This document shows positions 57,397-64,000 of a stretch of DNA of 64,000 nt, one piece after another. The notes below the pieces were generated by a model. It was given only the letters and a program-made list of their open reading frames with translations. It was not told the DNA's origin and ran no database searches. The stretch's first letter is position 1. Each line of letters begins with the position of its first letter. Origin of the DNA: an uncultured Actinomycetota bacterium. GTDB taxonomy: Bacteria > Actinomycetota > Actinomycetes > JAHEKZ01. Both the position numbers and the translations under genes were made by a program. The stretch spans positions 1,376,001-1,440,000 of the forward strand of contig CAWHIJ010000003.1 of NCBI GenBank assembly GCA_963829525.1, in the 5' to 3' direction.

Positions 57397-59093
57397 GAGT
57401 GCCGCTGATGGTCGATGTCTTCTTGCCACCGGTTGGTGATGGGCAGTCGCCGGTCGCGGCCGAACGCCTTGAGCGAGATCTTCGGTCCTGGCGGGTACTG
57501 GCGGCGCTTGTACTCGGCGCGGTCGGTGAGCGTTATCACGCGCTCGACCAGGGCGGGGTCGAAGCCTGCCGCAATGAGATCGAACGCCCCCTGGTCCTGC
57601 TCGATGTAGTCATCGAGCACGTCGTCCAGCAGCGCGTAGTCCGGTAGTGAGTCGGTGTCGAGCTGGCCAGGACGCAGCTCTGCCGACGGTGGTTTGTCGA
57701 TGCTGCTCGGCGGGATCGGGGGCACCTCGCCGGAGGCTTCCGCGGCCTTGTTGCGCCACCGCGACAGCTGCCACACGAGCGTCTTCGGAACGTCCTTGAG
57801 GGGAGCAAATGCCCCAACGGCGTCACCGTAGAGCGTCGAGTACCCGACCGCGAGCTCACTCTTGTTGCCAGTAGCCAGCACCAGGTGACCCTCCTGGTTT
57901 GAGATGCCCATCAGTGTGGTCCCGCGAACGCGGGCCTGCAGGTTCTCTTCAGCAACGCCGGACAGGTGCAGCTGGGCGAGATACGCATCGACCATCGAGG
58001 CGATGGGTACCTCACGGAAGTGAAGCCCGGATCGGGCGGCCAGGTCGGCGGCGTCGTCTCGAGAGTGTTGGGACGAGTAGGTGCTCGGCATTCCCACACC
58101 GAACACGTGCTCGGCACCCAAGGCGTCTACGGCGATCGCAGCGGTGAGCGCAGAGTCGATGCCACCTGAGAGTCCGATCACAGCGGTACTGAAGCCGTTC
58201 TTGTGCACGTAGTCGCGCAGGCCGCACACCAGGGCCTCGTACACCTCCTCTACCTCGTCCAGCCTCGCGGTGATCGGGTGCTGGGCGGTCGGATCTGGGG
58301 GGAGGTCAGCGTAGATGATGGCAGTGAGGAACTGCGGTCCCCGAACGAGCACGTCGCCCTCATGGTCGACCACTAGCGAGTCGCCGTCGAAAACCAGTTC
58401 GTCCTGGCCGCCGACCATGTTGACGTAGGCGAGCGGCATTCCCGCCTCCCGAGCTCGCCGGCGACAGAGCGCGAGGCGGGTGTCGTCCTTGTTCCGTTCG
58501 TAGGGTGAGCCATTGATGACCACCAGCAGCTCGGCCTCGGACTCAGTGGCCCAGACCACGGGACCTCCGTCCTGCCAGAGGTCCTCGCAGATCGACAGCG
58601 CCACTCGATGTCCGTCCACCTCGAACGTGCACCCTTTCGTTCCTGGCACGAAGTACCGGTACTCGTCGAACACTCCGTAGTTCGGCAGGTGGTGCTTGGC
58701 ATAGCGGGTCATCACTGCGCCAGACCGGAGGACTGCTGCGGCATTCTGGGGCGAGTGGCGGGGGCTACCCAGGCGGTCGGCCCCGTCGACGTCGGTGTCG
58801 AGGTAGCCGACGACCACCGTGATCTCAGCCAGTCCTGCGGCCGCCAGGCGTGTGGCGAGGACGCTCATCGTCTGCTGTGAGGCCTCGATGAACGACTTGC
58901 GGAGGGCAAGGTCCTCGATCGGATAGCCAGTGAGGAACATCTCTGGGAAGACCACCAGGCGAGCCCCCGCGTCCGCAGCCTCTTGGGTGCGACTGAGCAC
59001 CAGCTCAGCGTTGCCGGTCAGGTCGCCAACAGTGGCGTTCTCCTGGACCAGAGCGACTCGCCAAGGACGCGAGGTGTTCTGGTCGGGAGCCAC
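57393..59093 (-). CDS. nadE: Glutamine-dependent NAD+ synthetase
   Basis: Nitrilase domain (FPEM, KHHLPNY, ICED) plus SGGIDS, ENLQAR, TGNKSE, PPSAEL. Confidence 0.96.
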   Translation of the reverse strand: MAPDQNTSRPWRVALVQENATVGDLTGNAELVLSRTQEAADAGARLVVFPEMFLTGYPIEDLALRKSFIEASQQTMSVLATRLAAAGLAEITVVVGYLDTDVDGADRLGSPRHSPQNAAAVLRSGAVMTRYAKHHLPNYGVFDEYRYFVPGTKGCTFEVDGHRVALSICEDLWQDGGPVVWATESEAELLVVINGSPYERNKDDTRLALCRRRAREAGMPLAYVNMVGGQDELVFDGDSLVVDHEGDVLVRGPQFLTAIIYADLPPDPTAQHPITARLDEVEEVYEALVCGLRDYVHKNGFSTAVIGLSGGIDSALTAAIAVDALGAEHVFGVGMPSTYSSQHSRDDAADLAARSGLHFREVPIASMVDAYLAQLHLSGVAEENLQARVRGTTLMGISNQEGHLVLATGNKSELAVGYSTLYGDAVGAFAPLKDVPKTLVWQLSRWRNKAAEASGEVPPIPPSSIDKPPSAELRPGQLDTDSLPDYALLDDVLDDYIEQDQGAFDLIAAGFDPALVERVITLTDRAEYKRRQYPPGPKISLKAFGRDRRLPITNRWQEDIDHQRHS

Positions 59094-59142
59094 GAGACCA
59101 CCCTAGCCACGGGCCGAATGTGAGCCGGGATACCGTCGCAGT

Positions 59143-59934
59143 GTGCTTCGCATGCTGCTCACCCCGCGCTGGGTCGCGCGGTTGGCGTTGCTGGTGGTGA
59201 TCGTGGTGGCCTGTGCCTGGCTTGGTTCCTGGCAGTGGGGTCGGGCGAGAGTCGAAGTCGTCAGGACGCCTGCAGCGGGTGTGGCGGTGCTGACCGACAT
59301 TCATCAGCCGGGACAACCGGTGAACCAGGCGCAGGTCGGTCGTCGCGTCTTGATTGACGGCGTATTCGACGCGGACCGCGAGCTGCTGGTGGTCGACCGG
59401 CAGGAGTCTGGTCGCCTTGGGGTCTGGGTGCTGGCTGCCTTCATTGTCGACGATGCTGATGGCGCTGTCGTACCCGTGGTGCGCGGATGGCTGCCGGCCG
59501 GCGCTGCTGTACCTCCGGTCCCCGGCGGACCACAGAAGATCGTTGGCTGGCTTGAGCCGACGGAGTCGGACGCGCTTCGCGAGCGTGGTCGAGATCCGCT
59601 GCCTGAGGGGCAGGTTGAGATCGTCTCCAGTGCTGAGCTGCTCTCTTTGTGGCAGCCCCCGCTGTTTCAGGGTTTCGTGATCCAGCAACAGCCTGAACCT
59701 CGCACACCGTTGGTCGGGGTCGACCCACCATCTCTGACTCTTGGCGGATCGCTCGATTGGCAAAACGCGGCCTACGGAGTTCAGTGGTGGTTGTTCGGGG
59801 TCTTTGCCATCTTCTGGTTCGTTCGGATGTTGCGGGTGGAGCGGGAGGACCTTGCGGCAGAGCCCGATGTGCTGGCCGCCGATCTGCTTGACACCATGGA
59901 GGTCAAAGACGAGCACCGATCCCCGAAGGGTTAG
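59143..59934 (+). CDS. SURF1 family protein
   Basis: LGSWQ, VVRGW, YGVQWW. Confidence 0.85.
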   Translation: MLRMLLTPRWVARLALLVVIVVACAWLGSWQWGRARVEVVRTPAAGVAVLTDIHQPGQPVNQAQVGRRVLIDGVFDADRELLVVDRQESGRLGVWVLAAFIVDDADGAVVPVVRGWLPAGAAVPPVPGGPQKIVGWLEPTESDALRERGRDPLPEGQVEIVSSAELLSLWQPPLFQGFVIQQQPEPRTPLVGVDPPSLTLGGSLDWQNAAYGVQWWLFGVFAIFWFVRMLRVEREDLAAEPDVLAADLLDTMEVKDEHRSPKG

Positions 59935-59937
59935 CGA

Positions 59938-60279
59938 ATGGTTGAGAGCCCGGCTGCCGAGCAGATCAAGGCCACGAGTTCGGCGCTCACCAGATACCGC
60001 GTCATGGCGTGGGCCGCGGGGATCGGCCTTCTGCTGCTCTGCTTGAACATGTTTCTCCGCTACGTTCTGGACGTAGAGACGGTGCTTGACCTCGTTCCGC
60101 GGGTTCACGGATTCGTCTACATGGCGTACCTCGTGACGGTCTTCGACCTGTCGTTCCGTCTGAAGTGGCCACTGAGCAAGGGCGTCCTCATCTGCTTGGC
60201 CGGAACCGTCCCATTCCTGTCTTTCGTCGCCGAACACCGGATCACCCGCCAGACTCGCGAGGTTCTTTCTGCGTCGTAA
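59938..60279 (+). CDS. DUF3817 family membrane protein
   Basis: RYRVMA..G, HG..YM.Y, AGTVPFLSF.AE. Confidence 0.85.
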   Translation: MVESPAAEQIKATSSALTRYRVMAWAAGIGLLLLCLNMFLRYVLDVETVLDLVPRVHGFVYMAYLVTVFDLSFRLKWPLSKGVLICLAGTVPFLSFVAEHRITRQTREVLSAS

Positions 60280-60313
60280 CGTCGGCGAAACACGGTGGCG
60301 ACACCATGGCTAG

Positions 60314-61648
60314 ATGGACAAGCAGCAGGAGTTCGTGCTCCGAACCACCGAGGAGCGCGACATCCGCTTCATCCGGCTCTGGTTCACCGATGTTCTGGGA
60401 TACCTGAAGTCGGTCGCAGTAGCGCCGGCTGAGCTGGAGGCGGCCTTCGCTGAAGGCATTGGGTTCGATGGTTCGGCGATCGAGGGGTTCGCCCGCGTCT
60501 CGGAGTCGGACATGCTCGTCAAGCCCGACCCCACCTCCTTCACCGTGCTTCCGTGGCGCGGTGAGCCGGGGGTGGCGCGAATGTTCTGCGACATCCTCAT
60601 GCCAGACGGTTCCCCTTCCTATGCCGACCCCCGCTACGTGCTCAAGCGCGCCCTGGGACGCGCAGCCGACATGGGCTTCACGTTCTATACCCACCCTGAG
60701 ATCGAGTTCTTCCTCTTCGACGAGCTGCCCGAACCGGGTCGGCAACCCGTACCGATCGACAACGGCGGGTACTTCGACCACACGCCAACCTCGGTGGGAC
60801 AGAATTTTCGCCGTGACGCGATCACCATGCTGGAGGCCATGGGCATATCGGTGGAGTTCAGTCACCACGAGGGCGCACCTGGGCAGCAGGAGATCGATCT
60901 GCGCTACGCGGATGCTTTGAGCACCGCTGACAATCTGATGACGTTCCGGACCGTTATCAAGGAGGTGGCCTTGTCGCAGGGGCTCTACGCATCGTTCATG
61001 CCCAAACCGTTGGCTGAACACCCCGGTTCAGGTATGCACACTCACCTGTCGCTCTTCGAGGGTGACCGCAACGCTTTCTTTGAACCCGGCGCCGACTACC
61101 AGCTCTCCAAGGTCGGGCGCTCCTTCATCGCCGGACTGCTTCGTCACGCTCCGGAGATCACAGCTGTCACCAACCAGTGGGTGAACTCGTACAAACGGCT
61201 CTACGGCGGGGGAGAGGCGCCGGCCTACGTCTGTTGGGGCCACAACAACCGATCAGCCATGGTGCGAGTTCCCATGTACAAGCCCCAGAAGGGGCAGAGC
61301 ACACGCATCGAGGTGCGCACGCTTGACTCTGCCTGTAACCCGTACCTGGCGTTCGCCGTGTTGCTGGCCGCCGGGCTCAAGGGGATTGAGGCGGGCTATG
61401 AGCTTCCAGCGGGCGCCGAGGATGACGTCTGGCTGTTGACCGAGGCGGAGCGCAGGGCCATGGGCATCGACCCCTTGCCTCAGAACCTCGCCGAAGCGAT
61501 CGCGGTGATGGAGCACAGTGAACTGGTGGCTGAGACCCTCGGCGAGCAGGTCTTCGACTTCTTTCTGCGAAACAAGCGCGCCGAGTGGCAGGAGTACCGC
61601 AACCAGGTGACCGCCTTCGAGCTTGAGCGCTACCTCCCGGCGCTCTGA
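60314..61648 (+). CDS. glnA2: Glutamine synthetase-like protein, GlnA2 type
   Basis: MDKQQEFVLR, FDGSAIEG, HHEGAPGQQE, GSGMHTH, RIEVR, ERYLP C-terminus. Confidence 0.93.
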   Translation: MDKQQEFVLRTTEERDIRFIRLWFTDVLGYLKSVAVAPAELEAAFAEGIGFDGSAIEGFARVSESDMLVKPDPTSFTVLPWRGEPGVARMFCDILMPDGSPSYADPRYVLKRALGRAADMGFTFYTHPEIEFFLFDELPEPGRQPVPIDNGGYFDHTPTSVGQNFRRDAITMLEAMGISVEFSHHEGAPGQQEIDLRYADALSTADNLMTFRTVIKEVALSQGLYASFMPKPLAEHPGSGMHTHLSLFEGDRNAFFEPGADYQLSKVGRSFIAGLLRHAPEITAVTNQWVNSYKRLYGGGEAPAYVCWGHNNRSAMVRVPMYKPQKGQSTRIEVRTLDSACNPYLAFAVLLAAGLKGIEAGYELPAGAEDDVWLLTEAERRAMGIDPLPQNLAEAIAVMEHSELVAETLGEQVFDFFLRNKRAEWQEYRNQVTAFELERYLPAL

Positions 61649-61676
61649 GGCGACCAACCGTCGCTACGGTGACCTT

Positions 61677-64000
61677 GTGGGGAGCGGACGGATCCAGACA
61701 ACTCCCGGGCAACTCTCCCGGTGGGGGTTTGTCGATGCTGCCGCGGCCGCACTGACGCTGGGGCGGCTGGCTGAACGAGGGCTTGAACCATCCGAGGTCT
61801 TGCTGACCCAGCTGTCGAGGGTTGCCGACCCTGATGGAGCCCTGAACGGTTTGGCGCGTGTGCTTGAGGTGGCCGATGACGCACCCGGGTTACTCGATGC
61901 TTTGGCTGCCGGCCCCGACTACGCCGAGCGAGTACTTGCAGTGTTGGGTGCCAGCACTGCTTTGGCCGACCACCTGGCGCGCCGTCCTTCGGACTGCGAA
62001 CTCCTCAACGATCCTCAGCTGGCGGTGACTCGCCTCACGGCTGAGGGGATGCGCGTGGCAATGCTGACCGCCGTAGGGGCCGACCCGAGCAGCACTTCGC
62101 CGATCGCCACGCAGGATGCAACGGTGGCGCTGGACGCAATGCGTGTCCAGTACCGCAGGCTGTTGCTTCGCGTCGCTTCCCGAGATCTCACGACCTCGCC
62201 CGATGTCTCCGACATCGCTGCCGAGCTTGCTGACCTGGCTAGCGCCGCACTCGAGGCGGCCACTGCCGTAGCCCGCGCCGAGGTGGGTCGAGATGCCACA
62301 GGAGTTCGGTTCGCAGTCATCGCGATGGGTAAGTGCGGTGGCCGCGAGCTCAACTACGTGAGCGACGTCGACGTGATCTACGTCGTCGAGCCTGAGCCTG
62401 GGGTGGATGAAGAGAGTGCAACTCGAACGGGGAATCGCCTCGCCGCATCCGTGGCACGCGCATGCTCGTCGGTGACGTCCGAGGGTTCGTTGTGGGAGGT
62501 GGACGCGGGGCTGCGACCAGAGGGAAAGTCCGGCTCGCTCACCAGGACGCTGGCCAGCCACGTCGCGTACTACCGACGCTGGGCCAAGACGTGGGAGTTC
62601 CAGGCGCTGCTCAAAGCCCGACCGGTCGCGGGAGATCTTGAGCTCGGACAGCAGTATCTGGACGCCATCGGGCCACTGGTCTGGGAGGCGTCTGGCCGTG
62701 AGGGATTCGTCGCTGATGTGCAGCAGATGCGACGCCGAGTCGAGGCGCACCTTCCCCCCGGCGAGGTCGACCGACAGATCAAGCTCGGACCTGGAGGTCT
62801 TCGGGACATCGAGTTCTCCGTGCAGCTGCTACAGCTGGTCCACGGTCGCAGCGACGACACACTGCGGAGCGGTAACACCCTACGAGCGCTCGACGCGCTG
62901 GCTGCAGGGGGCTACGTCGGCCGCGATGACGCGGCCTCACTCAGTGATGCCTACCGGTTCCTGCGATCGCTTGAGCATCGACTGCAGCTGCGCCGCCTTC
63001 GCCGCACGCATCTGATGCCGACCGATACTCCGTCGCTGCGCGTTCTCGGGCGGTCGATCGGGTACACCCGTGAGCCAGTCGATGAGCTGACCGACCAGTG
63101 GCGTCGCCATGCGCGAGAGGTGCGACGACTTCACGAGAAGCTCTTCTACCGTCCGCTGCTGCAAGCAGTAGCGAGGCTTGACGCCGGCGAGTCTCGACTG
63201 ACGCCTGAGGCCGCGCAAGCGCGGATGGAAGCGTTGGGATATGCGGACCCGAAGGGTGCGCTGCGTCACTTGGAGGCGTTGACATCCGGCGTCAGCCGGC
63301 GGGCCGCGATCCAGCAGACGCTGCTGCCGGTCATGCTCGGATGGTTCGCCGACGCCCCGGACCCCGATGCGGGGCTGCTTGGCTTTCGCCGGGTCAGTGA
63401 AGCCTTGGGCAGTACGCATTGGTATCTCGCGCTGCTGCGAGACGCGGGAGCCACCGCCGAGCGTCTTGCACGGATCCTTGCTACCAGCAGATTCGCGACA
63501 GACCTGCTGCTGCGCGCCCCTGATGCCGTGGCGCTGCTTGCGGACCAAGATGCGCTCCGGCCGCGCACCACCGACGAGCTCCTGGGCGAGATGCGTGCGA
63601 CAGCAGGGCGGGCTGAGTCACCAGAGTCAGCTGCAGAGGGTGTTCGTGCCATTCGACGTCGTGAACTCTTTCGACTGACTGCGGCTGAGGTGTTGGGCGC
63701 AGTTGGCCCTGCCGAATCCGGGCCAGTGTTAACTGCGGTTGCTCAGGCGGCTCTCTCGGCTGTTCTGGAGGTAGTGACCAAGGGCGCGTCCATCCAGGGT
63801 GCAGCACCCACTCGGTTCGCAGTGATTGGAATGGGCAGGTTCGGCGGTGGTGAGCTCGGGCTCGGCAGTGATCTCGATGTTCTGTTCGTGCACGACCCCA
63901 TTCCTGGCGCTGACGAGGAGGAGGCGTCTCGCCATGCACTGCTGCTGGCCACTGAGCTGCGGCGGCTGCTCACCTTGCCGGCGCCAGACCCGCCAATGTT
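61677..64000 (+). CDS. glnE: Bifunctional glutamine-synthetase adenylyltransferase/deadenylase, truncated by window edge (absent from the ORF track because no stop falls in the window)
   Basis: Manual translation gives ADPD.AL, LGASTALADHL, AMGKCGGRELNYVSDVD, LRPEG, WEFQALLKAR, GGLRDIEF and a second GRFGGGELGLGSDLD. Confidence 0.93.
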   Translation, partial: MGSGRIQTTPGQLSRWGFVDAAAAALTLGRLAERGLEPSEVLLTQLSRVADPDGALNGLARVLEVADDAPGLLDALAAGPDYAERVLAVLGASTALADHLARRPSDCELLNDPQLAVTRLTAEGMRVAMLTAVGADPSSTSPIATQDATVALDAMRVQYRRLLLRVASRDLTTSPDVSDIAAELADLASAALEAATAVARAEVGRDATGVRFAVIAMGKCGGRELNYVSDVDVIYVVEPEPGVDEESATRTGNRLAASVARACSSVTSEGSLWEVDAGLRPEGKSGSLTRTLASHVAYYRRWAKTWEFQALLKARPVAGDLELGQQYLDAIGPLVWEASGREGFVADVQQMRRRVEAHLPPGEVDRQIKLGPGGLRDIEFSVQLLQLVHGRSDDTLRSGNTLRALDALAAGGYVGRDDAASLSDAYRFLRSLEHRLQLRRLRRTHLMPTDTPSLRVLGRSIGYTREPVDELTDQWRRHAREVRRLHEKLFYRPLLQAVARLDAGESRLTPEAAQARMEALGYADPKGALRHLEALTSGVSRRAAIQQTLLPVMLGWFADAPDPDAGLLGFRRVSEALGSTHWYLALLRDAGATAERLARILATSRFATDLLLRAPDAVALLADQDALRPRTTDELLGEMRATAGRAESPESAAEGVRAIRRRELFRLTAAEVLGAVGPAESGPVLTAVAQAALSAVLEVVTKGASIQGAAPTRFAVIGMGRFGGGELGLGSDLDVLFVHDPIPGADEEEASRHALLLATELRRLLTLPAPDPPM

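Overview
High-GC actinobacterial chromosomal segment. It is mostly the conserved aceE–fasR–fab / tRNA-Val / Nif3–rnhA–rnpB / map–panB–nadE–glnA2–glnE backbone, with an accessory left arm (~1–24 kb). That arm encodes a TreT-type glycosyltransferase, a flavin amine oxidase, a hemerythrin-fused P1B-5 ATPase, an RCK-gated K+ channel, a heliorhodopsin and a carnitine/butyrobetaine-type catabolic cluster. Many genes, including housekeeping ones, carry single-base frameshifts, most simply explained as long-read consensus errors. Main observations: (1) FabD ends in a BCCP-like domain whose biotinylation Lys is replaced by Arg, in the same operon as a carboxyltransferase; (2) a 20-aa peptide with 14 Lys has its own SD and a 20-bp hairpin; (3) an antisense thioesterase paralog is nested inside the carnitine operon; (4) DosR-type boxes precede four dispersed genes; (5) a relic islet at tRNA-Val is bounded by a degenerate copy of the tRNA 3' half; (6) a proteobacterial-type otsB–GH15–otsA cassette is coupled to nadE; (7) there are two sigma28-like promoters, a panB leader hairpin and FasR/MabR-type operators. 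All calls come from reading the sequence; no searches were run.
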